Shown: positions 1 to 11,459 of the stretch, piece after piece
Layout: every line of letters starts with the position of its first letter
How positions within the stretch are numbered: the first letter of the stretch is position 1
NCBI GenBank assembly: GCA_907165135.1
Contig: OU015567.1
Coordinates: forward strand, 7,254,001-7,318,000
DNA length: 64,000 nucleotides
Source of the DNA: Oikopleura dioica
Taxonomy: Eukaryota; Animalia; Chordata
Reading direction: 5' to 3'
Notes under the pieces: generated by a model
What the model was told of the DNA's origin: nothing
Database searches by the model: none
What the model saw: the letters and a program-made list of their open reading frames with translations, nothing else
Made by a program: the position numbers and the translations under genes

Positions 1-157
1 CCGGTTTTAAAGCTGCTCCATGCTAGTATCTTACTGTTCTTTTACAGTGTGAAGTGGTAAAATGTGCAATAATATCTTTCAAAGATAGTCCATTCAAAAT
101 AAAAAAGTAACATTCACAAAAAAAAACAAGGCATTAAATTTTTATTCTTCAGACAGA

Positions 158-3100
158 ATGAGCAGATTGCATTATGCGGACTTTAGCGGCACTGAAAGTC
201 ATCGAAATGTGAACATCGGCAGGCGGCAGAGGAGCGACAAGAATGATTTCTTGAACAAACGGCAGCAGGAGCGCGAGAGAAGGGCTCAGGAACGCAAGAA
301 TGAGAAATCAGCAGTTGTGATCCAAGCTGCGTGGCGGAGCCTTGTGTCGAGGCGTAGGAGCGTCTTGGATTTTCAGAAGGATTTGTCGCAAATACTGGCC
401 AGCGCGAGCCTAGGTGCGCGAAATCGGAAAGCTATCTCCCTTTTCCTCCTTTCTTCGAGGTCCGGGCCAGGTGAAGAGCTCGTGACAGCTCTGGTTAATC
501 ATTTGTCCAGACAACAGGAAGTGACGGGATTCACTTTTCATCAAAATGAAGTGTCGATTCGCTGTCGAACACTTTGTAAAAACATGAAGAAACTTCTCTA
601 AAAAGAACCTCAAGAGAATCCCGAAATAAGCGATCAGCTCTTTGTCTGATCATTCCATTTCCACCGCCTTCCTGATCATCGAGATCTTGTCTCACGTTAA
701 ATACCTGTGTGGGCACTGGTAGTCTGATATTAAATTTAATTTTCACTTCTGATTTTCCATCCAGAACATCGGAAATTAATTTCACGATCGAATTGTTGAT
801 TATCAGTTGAAAGAGAAGCTGCTCCTCGAATTGGCCCTGGATTAAGAGTAGTAGAGAAGCTGATAGCATCTCGCCCAGAATCTATCATTGATGCGATCCA
901 ATTTGGCATGTTCCGACTTCTAGCGTCAATCCAACTTTTGCTCCTTCCTTCTGACACGACAGATTTAACGCGTTGCCCGCCGCGAGTCGTTGCCATCACT
1001 GATATAATCATGAAGGTCTTGAATTCTGTTGAAAGAAGCCCACGATCAACAATCGGAATAAAATGCTTCCTGCGCGACTACATCGGTTCCACTGGCAATT
1101 CCTTCCTTTCATCACAAGTTGCACTTGCGATCAAGGAAGACTCACGTGTCAGCGAATTCATTTTAAATGCGATTGACAGTTTTGTCACTGAACAGACAAT
1201 CATCGTTTCTTTTTCACAAGGTATTTCAAAAATTTATCATTTGGATGTTAAATAGTGTTGGTTTCAGAAACAAACTCTTTTGGCGATTTTTCAAGAAGGA
1301 AACTCCCCCATTTCAATGATGCTCGTTATGTTCCAGTTTTTCCCGATTCCGAACTTCTTCATTTTCTGTTAATAATCGCCTCCAATGCAGCGCAATCTTC
1401 ACAATCAAATACAGTTCTCAAGTCGATCTGTTGGTGCTCAAAGAGCGCTATTCAGCAGCCGGTCTCTACCGATGCCTTTGAAATGGAAGACGACGATGAT
1501 TGGCTCGACGAGGACGAAGACGAGTTTGATGATGAAAACTCTTTCGTTTCGACGCTCAATCTTCGTGAACAGGAGCTTCGAAACAACCTGGCTTTGTATT
1601 TTGCCACGCTGGACTTTGACGCAATCGATTCGGAGCTCATCGTTGAAGTCGTCAAGTTGATAACGTCTCTCAACGACTCAAGCTTGTACTTGAAAGTTTC
1701 GACAAACACAGGTTTCCTGAAAGCACTCTGGACAAAAATCGAGACCATGGAGAGTCCCCTTGGAGGAAAAGTGGCGGAACGACTGATAGGGTTCCGGCCG
1801 GTGACGGAAGACGACTTTAATGATTTCTCGTCGTTAGTGCATTACTTTTGCAGCACAATCAGGCTTCAGTTAATCGGTAACGAATAGAGATTTTTAACGA
1901 TGATTTTCATGATTTTGTAGCGCTATCCGACGATGAGCTTAGCAACGACAAATTTCTGATTCCAGCTAAATCGTTGACAGAATTTACTTCATTTTTCTGT
2001 CGCCTAGGCGTTGGAATCGTCAAATTTCTCTTTGGCGGACAACGCGAGACCCGCATCTCAACCCAAAGCGGATTCAACTTACTAACGCCAATGTCAAAGG
2101 TACGAGTCTATTTTCTCATTTTTAAATTATCCGGCGAAAATACCGGTCATGACAATGTTGACGCAAGTAATGAAAAAGACGAGCATAAGAGAGAAGGACT
2201 GAACAGTTCGAGCGAGGAAATTTTTGTTTGGGTGTTGGATAAAGCTGAAGATGCAGGTGTTGACGACTCCTATCAGAATCTGAAACGAACACTAGAGAAA
2301 GAGAGAAGGAGAAAGGATGCTACCTGTCCTGAGATAGAGATAAGGACGAGGAAGAGGAGACATTTCCATGTGAATGGGCGAACCTCGCATCCAGTTGGAA
2401 CAGAGACTCCATTTTCAAGAGTCCTTGTCTAAAATAAGATCTCATTTCATGTGATTTTTATTAGTTTTACCTGCTCCCAATCTATCTTCCCGCAGAGGTC
2501 ATACATTACCATGAGAATTCGTAACTATAAACATCAGATTGGAAAATCAAGTTAGCCGAAGAGTTAACCTGATTAGCATTTGCAGTAAGTAAGGCCATGT
2601 CCACCGCAACGGACGTAATCGTCTTCTCAGTATGACACAAGCACTCGCATCCGACGGGGCACTCTTGAACAGAAATTTTACATGTGTTTTACACGACTCA
2701 GTACGTTTTTTCACGGTCTTTTTTCGTTTGAAGAACCCGAAGAAGCCCGACTTCTTTTCTTTCTTCGGTTCAATTTTCTTTGGAGTCTGTCGTTTTACCT
2801 TCCTTGGTGCTTGATGGTTCTTTTCCGGTGGATTTGAGTCGCAAGAATAACCACTGTCTAGGTTGTCTTCTTGGAAGACAATGTCCTAAAATTAATATAA
2901 GAAAAAGGCCAAACTGTACCCGAAACCTCTTCGTTAAAAAGTGGTTGCTCCTTGCTTCCAGTAGATCCCTTCTCTCTGTAATAACTCCGATCGTAGGCAG
3001 ATTTCTTGGCATCTTCTTTAGCTTGTTTAGCTTTTCCAGCTTCCTCGTCTAAACTCGGATAAACCATGTTTGAAAACTAATAAATCTCGTAGATGTCACT

Positions 3101-5392
3101 TTCAATCGTTTCCTGGCTCCTGTCATCCCTCAAAGCTATTAAGGTGACAGTGCATGTTACTTTCACACTTTATTAAGTGTCCTCAACTCGTCAAGGATTA
3201 CCTATCATATTCAGAAAGATATCCTGCATCTCTCTTTTCTTAATTTTAAAATAACTGTAGCCTTCAACTCTGCTGGCTAACGTATCTAGGCATCATTTTT
3301 ATCGCCCTATCGAACTATCACTAGACACTTGTTTTGCTAGATTCCTGGTTATCGGAATCATAAATTGCAAATGAAAACAACTGCTAGTAATTCCTCGTGA
3401 CCAGCTGTTTGAAGACCAAAATACCTTGAATTTTTCTCGTTTTCCAAAGCAGCCTTGCATATTTCGATTGTTTTTCTTCTCTTCTTGTTTCCTATTCTCA
3501 TAAACCTGAAATAAGCCTGCGATTACGTCCATGCACGGCCGAGTAACTTTCGGAAACGGAATATACGCAAAATTAACTCTGATGAAGTTGGTATGGCGCG
3601 TCGTTTCCGTCTGCTGAGCTGCTAGAATGTTAAAGATTAATGACTTTCTTTTTATCCGACAAAGAAGAGCGTGTGAGTTTCTGAACTTCTCTCAGCTGTT
3701 TAGAACAAAAGGAGGCGTTTATTGCTGAGGAAATCCACAATCAACAAAATTCACGATCTCGTTAATTAACTGCAACTTTAAGCTCCTGCGAAACCTCCTT
3801 TCCCGTGCAGAGCGGAACCCGAACATTATTCATCGTGTATTCTCCGATCATGTCTATTTCCCCGTCGAAGATTTTTCAAGTGAGTTAATTTCTCCCGCCA
3901 CATGGCTTGACGCAAATATTCTAAGTTCTCCGGAAGCAGCCGATGCTCGATGAATCCTCGCAAATACAAAACGTTGCTAAAAACTTCTACGGCGCGCGTA
4001 ATTACGATAAACAACTGATGACGATTCTGTCCTTTTTTCCCTTCGCGATTCCGTTTTCCAAGCGGATCACGATTTTTTATAATCTTCTGGAAAACGATCA
4101 AGCTCCCAATCCTTCCATGTTTCGGAACGACACAAGAAGAATGCGATATAGAATCAGACGCGACCGGGTGTTCGAAGATGCTTACTCGCAAATGTCCCAT
4201 GCTGACTGGAAACACGACTTTGACATTGAAATTATGAACGATGGACGCGTCGAGCCTGGTTTCGGCCAAGGCGTGACGCGCTGGTTTACTGAGGCGTTGC
4301 TTCAAGCTGCTTTTGATCCTAAAGTCGGCCTGATGCTGCAGAATGAGAATGGCGAGCTCTACCCCAATCCTTTCGTCAGCCAAATTTATCCAGACTCTTT
4401 TGAGGCTTATTACAAGTATGGTTGAACAAATAAGACTTTTATTAATCTTCTTAGGTTTTTGGGGAAGATTCTCGGCTACATGGTCTACACGAAATCAATC
4501 AACTATCTACCTCTCTGTTCATTTTTCCTATCAAAGATCCTCCGTGGAAGTATCGAACTCGACCTTTCCGAACTTCAAGGACTCGATAAAGGTACCATTA
4601 TTAGACTTGAAACGCCTTATATTATCTTTTTAGAGCTTTACAAAAACCTGATGTATTTGAAATCAAATCCTGAGGAAATCGAATCAATGGGTCTCGATTT
4701 TACGGCGAATTTATCAGCCCTTGGCAATGCAGAAACTGTAGAACTGAAGCCAAATGGATCAAACGTCCCCGTCGACAAATCTAACTACACAGAATTTATC
4801 ATCAAAGTTGCAGATTTTCACTTGAACAAGGCTGTCGCTCGTCAATGCAACGGTAAGAGAGAATAAAATATCCTTGTTGATTCCGTATTTTAGCATTCCG
4901 CGCTGGCTTCTACTCAATCATCGACCAGGCATGGGTGAAGCTCTTCGACCAGCGCGAGTTCGACATTCTCATCCAAGGCGTCAAACAAGACATCGACATC
5001 GAAGATCTAAAGAAAAACACTGTCTACTACAAAATGCGCGACGACGATGATCGATGCTTTACTGCTGATCATCCGACGATTGTTGCATTCTGGCAAGTCC
5101 TGAACGATTTCAATACTGAGGAGCGGGTCAAGTTCTTGAAGTTTACGACCAGTTCGCCCAGAGCGCCATTGAGAGGCTTTGCAGAGCTCAATCCGCGGTT
5201 CACGCTGATTAATACTAATGAAGGTAATCACCTCCCTCCCAATTTGAACCGAACTTTTCCCAAGATACATCACGGTTACCGTCTGCCTCAACATGCGTCA
5301 ACTTGCTCAAAATGCCTCCCTATCCAAATCGCCAACTCCTAGAGGAAAAACTCCGCCTCGCGATCGAAGCTGTCACCTTCGAATTTTCCTAA
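158..5392 (+). CDS. UBE3C: Ubiquitin-protein ligase E3C (IQ motif + HECT domain), multi-exon
   Basis: UBE3C-type N-terminus (FSG..RNVNIG..QERERR) and IQ motif AVVIQAAWRS. HECT motifs: IRRDRVFEDAY, EPGFGQGVTRWF, LYPNP, FLKFTTSSPRAPLRGF, and catalytic [17 protein letters not shown] ending FEFS* (TAA 5390-5392). Short GT-AG introns plus one large intron at 2100-3782. Confidence 0.9.
2127..3067 (-). CDS. NINJ: Ninjurin-family membrane protein nested antisense in the UBE3C intron (6 exons, about 242 aa)
   Basis: Exons 3067-2927, 2885-2705, 2663-2569, 2524-2471, 2428-2324 and 2279-2127 splice in frame through GT-AG introns (729 nt). The product contains VDMALLTANANQLRILM, LLFLVLISISGQILIGV and MLVFFITCVNIVMTGIF, matching ninjurin LDIALLMANASQL, LVVLISISLVLQI and GLVFIIVVVNIFITAF. 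Confidence 0.85.
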
Positions 5393-5659
5393 ACGAAATC
5401 GGACCTAACCAAAACTTGCATCTTACATGAACAAACTCGATGATTTTTCTGCTCTACAACTTCTTCACGGATAATTCTATATTCTTCCCTTTTTAAAAAT
5501 CTAATAAAAAAAATGATGGAAATGAATCAACAAAGCTACAAAGGACTTTGTTCAAGTAATTATTGTAGCAGCATCCACGCGTTTAGCTTCAATTATCCGA
5601 GCAATGGCAATTATCTCTCATGCGTTAAAAACAACATGCCTCTAATTAGGTTAAAGAAT

Positions 5660-6190
5660 CCAGCTTCGTAAGTTGTTAGTACCATTTATTTTTGCTTTGT
5701 AATCAGTAGCGATAGATAGATACTAGCGGCCAAGTCCTGCAGACCCCAAAACATCATTCCAGGGCATTGAGCTTCCAGCTTTAAAATTTACATGAAGATT
5801 TTCGTCTATCATTTGCATCATCTTACGCTTTTTATAGGCAGAGAGCATCTTCGACCAGCTGCGACTCGAGATAGATCTGAAGGCAGCGTCGGAGCCCTTA
5901 TCAGCAAGGAAGAATACTACTTTTCCGCTCTTCAATCCATTAGTAGGAAGTTGTTAGTGCTAAAAGGCCATCTTATCAGTTCGGAATTCGACCGTGTTTA
6001 GCTAACAATTCCTCCTTATCATATTCACGATATTTTCATAATTAGTACTTTGAGGTTTACTCGTGACGCTAGAATGATAAGATACTGTTTTATTTCTCTA
6101 CGTAAGTTCTTCAACCTCAATCGACTGATAGTACCCAGCCGATAGGCGGTTATTAAGTATATCTTTAATTTTGTCAAGCGGTTTTCCTGA
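5660..6190 (-). CDS. Possible small multi-exon gene of unknown function (duplicated at about 9880-10420)
   Basis: Splice-bounded minus-strand segments give GKPLDKIKDILNNRLSAGYYQSIEVEEL... and SGKVVFFLADKGSDAAF..SAYKK|PGSSMPWNDVLGSAGLGR. No start codon or homology recognised. Confidence 0.3.
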
Positions 6191-6573
6191 AACAAGTAAA
6201 ATCCTTTTTAAAAACATGTTTTCTCCTGCTAGCTCTTAGGTCTTGATAAATAATAATCCGGAATTTCTTGCCCTGCTCCTTTTAACCCTTCAAAATTGCG
6301 CCATCATGTGGTCAGTAAGTCAATAGACGTGTATTGTGATTTTGCTGGTGTATTATAAATATACAGTGTGACGCGTTAAGACTATGTACAGTAGTTTTTT
6401 CTTCTTCTTTGCTGCATTGGCAATTTGGCAGGGTAAAAATTTCTTAAAAATTAATTCCCTGGCTGAGTTTTTTTAATTTTAAAAATTCAAAAAAATGGTG
6501 GAGGAATCAAAATGGACATGTTGATGATTTGTACAGATACTGCTCATAATTTTGAAAAGGAGGATTTGGGGGT

Positions 6574-6967
6574 TTAGATGGGAACATCGTAGCCGTCCGG
6601 ACTGTATGACTTCGACTTGGGGCCGAGGCCTTTAAAGTTGCCAAAGTGGACGTGATCGTAAGTCGACGGAACTTGGGAAAAGCTCATTGTTCGTTGGACT
6701 CCTCCGTTCATTCCGAAATGAGCTCCTGGAGGAATTCCCATTGGTCCAATGTGCCCATAAGGACCCGACATGGATGCCATAGAAGCGCGAGGATCCATCA
6801 TTCCCATCTTCAAATTTTCCATTGAGTAATTCATTCAAGAGAACAGAAATAGAATACCTGTTGTTGCATTTGAGGCGGCAAGTGGAAGGTTTCATAGTTG
6901 GACGGAATCTGGCTCTGCGGAGACATGTTGCCCAAGTGACTCTGGGTCTCGTAAGGGTGGTGCTGAC
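6574..6967 (-). pseudogene. Duplicated last two exons of the sushi-domain membrane-protein gene
   Basis: Encodes the same QHHPYETQSHLG..|MGMMDPRASM..GYDVPI* as 10815-11208. The upstream exons are absent from this copy. Confidence 0.8.
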
Positions 6968-7210
6968 CTAAAACGCCAAAAGTGAGAAAATGAATCTAAT
7001 TACCCTCGGTGTTGATTTGATTCGCGTGTGCCCAAAAATATGCAAACACATACTTTTAACGTGGCTCCGCACGTTCACTTCTCGAGTGCCCGGGAAAAAT
7101 ATTCCGCCCCTTTAATTTTCCACGAGGATTTTTTACGAGAGCCTCTCATTAGAGAAAAAGATGGCCTTTTTGAAAGCTTGTAAAAACAGTATTAACAAAA
7201 TAGGCGCACC

Positions 7211-7514
7211 GGGCCGAAAGTTTTCGCCCGAGATTTAGAATAGAATTTTTTTCTACTCTTGTATTCGAGGCCCACAAACGCATTAATTAGCAACTAATTA
7301 ACGCTTTAAAATCGAAGAAAAAATTTTTTTTTTTTGAAAAATTTTTCGGAATCTTGGGCCGAAAATTTTCGCCCGAGATTTAGAATAGAATTTTTTTCTA
7401 ATCTTGTATTCGAGGCCCACAAACGCATTAATTAGCAACTAATTAACGTTTTAAAATCAAAGAAAAAAAAAAATTTTCTTGAAAAATTTTTTGGAATCTG
7501 GGGCCGAAAGTTTT
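7211..7514. repeat. About 145-bp tandem repeat (2 units plus a start) at the duplication junction
   Basis: gggccgaaa(g/a)ttttcgcccgagatttagaatag... recurs at 7211 and 7356, and its first 14 nt recur at 7501. Confidence 0.9.
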
Positions 7515-8024
7515 GGCTGCGCAAGATTATTTTTTTAATAAACGGCAAATTTCATGGTGGGCTTTTTCGATGTTGCTCGACTCGCGGATGTAGAGCTGAT
7601 CGTGATTGACCAGAAAGTTGTTGTCTCTATAAGGAGAAGATGAGTTTTGATTCTCTTCCTTGCTGTCAAAAGACTTACACGAAGGAGCAGAGAAAGTGGC
7701 GACTGCAGAAGCGAATCAGAGTGAATCCAATGATCGAGAGCACTTCCAGTGTCACGTCCAAAAAGCAAGAGGTCAGATCGTGCGTCGTCTTCGGCAGTTC
7801 CGATTCAAATTTTCAATTTTCAAATTTATAGTACCTGTATCTTATTTTCTCCCACGATGATTTGATTTCCCTCGACGAGTTTGTTTTCAACACTGAAGCC
7901 CATCTGCTGAGCATCAATCCGAGCATTTATCAAAATTGAAAAAAAAAGAAGATTTTTTGTAGAAAAATAATTTAAATATCGCAAAAACCTAAACCTTATT
8001 GTAATTTTTATATCTTTGAATTTC

Positions 8025-8140
8025 AAAAAGCCAGCCCCTCCGGCCATTTCCCCACGGGGATTTGGCTGGAGGGGCTTTTTTACGTAAGGAGAGCCTTAGG
8101 CTGAAGTCGACCAAACGTAAAAAAGCCCCTCCGGCCAAAT
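8025..8140. repeat. Short inverted-repeat (foldback) cluster abutting the start of duplication copy 2
   Basis: agcccctccggcca (about 8033), its complement ttggctggaggggctttttt (about 8062), and aaaaaagcccctccggccaaat (about 8119). Confidence 0.8.
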
Positions 8141-8142
8141 GC

Positions 8143-11100
8143 CTTGACGGAAATATTCTAAGTTCTCCGGAAGCAGCCGATGCTCGATGAATCCTCGCAA
8201 ATACAAAACGTCGCTAAAAATTTCTACGGCGCGCGTAATTATGATAAACAACTGATGACGATTCTGTCCTTTTTTCCCTTCGCGATTCCGTTTTCCAAGC
8301 GGATCACGATTTTTTATAATCTTCTGGAAAACGATCAAGCTCCCAATCCTTCCATGTTCCGTAACGACACAAGAAGAATGCGATATAGAATCAGGCGCGA
8401 CCGGGTTTTTGAAGATGCTTACTCGCAAATGTCCCATGCTGACTGGAAACACGATTTTGACATTGAAATTATGAACGATGGGCGCATCGAGCCTGGTTTC
8501 GGCCAAGGCGTGACGCGCTGGTTTACTGAGGCGTTGCTTCAAGCTGCTTTTGATCCTAAAGTCGGCCTGATGCTGCAGAATGAGAATGGCGAGCTCTATC
8601 CCAATCCTTTCGTCAGCCAAATTTATCCAGACTCTTTTGAGGCTTACTACAAGTATGGTTGAAGAAATAAGACTTTTTTTAATCTTTGAAGGTTTTTGGG
8701 AAAGATTCTCGGCTACATGGTCTACACGAAATCAATCAACTATCTACCTCTCTGTTCATTTTTCCTATCAAAAATCCTCCGTGGAAGTATCGAGCTCGAC
8801 CTTTCCGAACTTCAAGGACTCGATAAAGGTACCACTATTCAATTAGAACCCCCTTTTATCCCCTTTTAGAGCTTTACAAAAACCTGATGTATTTGAAATC
8901 AAATCCCGAGGAAATCGAATCAATGGGTCTCGATTTTACGGCGAATTTATCAGCCCTCGGCAATGCAGAAACTGTAGAACTGAAGCCAAATGGATCGAAC
9001 ATCCCCGTCGACAAATCTAACTACACAGAATTTATCATCAAAGTAGCGGATTTTCACTTGAACAAGGCAGTCGCTCGTCAATGCAACGGTAAAAGAGAAT
9101 AAAATATCCTTGTTGATTCCGTTTTTTAGCATTCCGCGCTGGTTTCTACTCAATCATCGACCAGGCATGGGTGAAGCTCTTCGACCAGCGCGAGTTCGAC
9201 ATTCTCATCCAAGGCGTCAAACAAGACATCGACATCGAAGATCTAAAGAAAAACACTGTTTACTACAAAATGCGCGACGACGATGATAGATGCTTTACTG
9301 CTGATCATCCGACAATTGTTGCATTCTGGCAAGTCCTGAACGACTTCAATACTGAGGAGCGGGTCAAGTTCTTGAAGTTTACGACCAGTTCGCCCAGAGC
9401 GCCATTGAGGGGCTTTGCAGAGCTCAATCCGCGGTTCACGCTGATTAATACTAATGAAGGTAATCACCTCCCTTCCAATTTGAATCAAACTCTTTCCAAG
9501 ATACATCACGGTTACCGTCTGCCTCAACATGCGTCAACTTGCTCAAAATGCCTCCCTATCCAAATCGCCAACTCCTCGAGGAAAAACTCCGCCTCGCGAT
9601 CGAAGCTGTCACCTTCGAACTTTCCTAAACGAAATCGGACCTAACCAAAACTTGCGTCTTACATGAACAAACTCGATGATTTTTCTGCTCTACAACTTCT
9701 ATACGGATAATTCTATATTCTTCCCTTTTAAAACATCTAATAAAAAAATGATGGAAATGAATCAACAAAGGACTTTGTTCAAGTAATTATTGTAGCAACA
9801 TCCACGCGTTTGGCTTCAATTATCCGAGCAATGGCAATTATCTCCCATGCGTTAAAAACAACATGCCTCTAATTAGGTTAAAGAATCCAGCTTCGTAAGT
9901 TGTTAGTACCATTTATTTTTGCTTTGTAATCAGTAGCGATAGATAGATACTAGCGGCCAAGTCCTGCAGACCCCAAAACATCATTCCAGGGCATTGAGCT
10001 TCCAGCTTTAAAATTAACATCAAGATTTTCTTCTATGATTTGCATCATCTTACGCTTTTTATAGGCAGAGAGCATCTTCGACCAGCTGCGACTCGAGATA
10101 GATCTGAAGGCAGCGTCGGTGCCCTTATCAGCAAGGAAGAATACTAGTTTTCCGCTCTACAATCCATTAGTAGGAAGTTGTTAGCGCTAAAAGGCCATCT
10201 TATCAGTTCGGAATTCGACCGTGTTTAGCTAACAATTCCTCCTTATCATATTCACGATATTTTCATAATTAGTACTTTGAGGTTTACTCGTGACGCTAGA
10301 ATGATAAGATACTGTTTTATTTCGCTACGTAAGTTCTGCAACCTCAATCGACTGATAGTACCCAGCCGATAGGCGGTTATTAAGTATATCTATAATTTTG
10401 TCAAGCGGTTTTCCTGAAACAAGTAAAATCCTTTTTAAAAACATGTTTTCTCCTGCTAGCTCTTAGGTCTTGATAAATAATAATCCGGAATTTCTTGCCC
10501 TGCTCCTTTTAACCCTTCAAAATTGCGCCATCATGTGGTCAGTAAGTCAATAGACGTGCATTGTGATTTTGCTGGTGTATTATAAATATACAGTGTGACG
10601 CGTTAAGACTATGTACAGTAGTTTTTTCTTCTTCTTTGCTGCATTGGCAATTTGGCAGGGTAAAAATTTCTTAAAAATTAATTCCCTGGCTGAGTTTTTT
10701 TAATTTTAAAAATTCAAAAAAATGGTGGAGGAATCAAAATGGACATGTTGATGATTTGTACAGATACTGCTCATAATTTAGTGTTATTGCTTTTGAAAAG
10801 GAGGATTTGGGGTTTTAGATGGGAACATCGTAGCCGTCCGGACTGTATGATTTCGACTTGGGGCCGAGGCCTTTGAAGTTGCCAAAGTGGACGTGATCGT
10901 AGGTCGACGGAACTTGGGAAAAGCTCATTGTTCGTTGAACTCCTCCGTTCATTCCGAAATGAGCTCCTGGAGGTATTCCCATTGGTCCAATGTGGCCATA
11001 AGGACCCGACATGGATGCCATAGAAGCGCGAGGATCCATCATTCCCATCTTCAAATTTTTCATTGAGTATTTCATTCAGGAGAACAGACATAGAATACCT

Positions 11101-11459
11101 GTTGTTGCATTTGCGGCGGCAAGTGAAAGGTCTCATAGTTGGACGGAATCTGGCTCTGCGGGGACATGTTGCCCAAGTGACTCTGGGTCTCGTAAGGGTG
11201 GTGCTGACCTAAAACGCCAAAAGTGAGAAAATGAATCTAATTACTCTCGCTGTTGATTTGATTCGCGTGTGCCCAAAAATATGCAAACACATACTTTTAA
11301 CGTGGCTCCGCACGTTCACTTCTCGAGTGCCCGGGAAAAAATATTCCGCCCCTTTAATTTTCCACGAGGATTTTTTACGAGAGCCTCTCATTAGAGAAAA
11401 AAGATGGTCTTTTTGAAAGCTTGTAAAAACAGTATTAACAAAGTAGGCTCACCAGGCCG
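8143..11459 (+). repeat. Tandem segmental duplication, copy 2
   Basis: Aligns end to end with 3906-7216. Confidence 0.95.
8163..9628 (+). pseudogene. UBE3C: Duplicated HECT-domain exons of UBE3C (no N-terminal exons; reading frames intact)
   Basis: ORFs 8180, 8887 and 9171 duplicate 3943, 4459 and 4935. Ends FELS* at 9626-9628 and keeps the splice acceptor at 8161-8162. Confidence 0.8.

Larger units (their letters stand above)
3906..7216 (+). repeat. Tandem segmental duplication, copy 1 (about 3.3 kb)
   Basis: Near-identical to 8143-11459 (scattered substitutions and small indels), running from cttgacg..aaatattctaag to ..caccgggccg. Confidence 0.95.

Noticed and set aside
2100-3782. Large UBE3C intron as a transposon insertion
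   Set aside because: No TIR, LTR or transposase is visible. It is explained by the nested ninjurin gene.
7211-7514. Repeats considered as CRISPR-like arrays (also 63780-64000)
   Set aside because: The context is eukaryotic, there are no unique spacers, and there are no cas genes.
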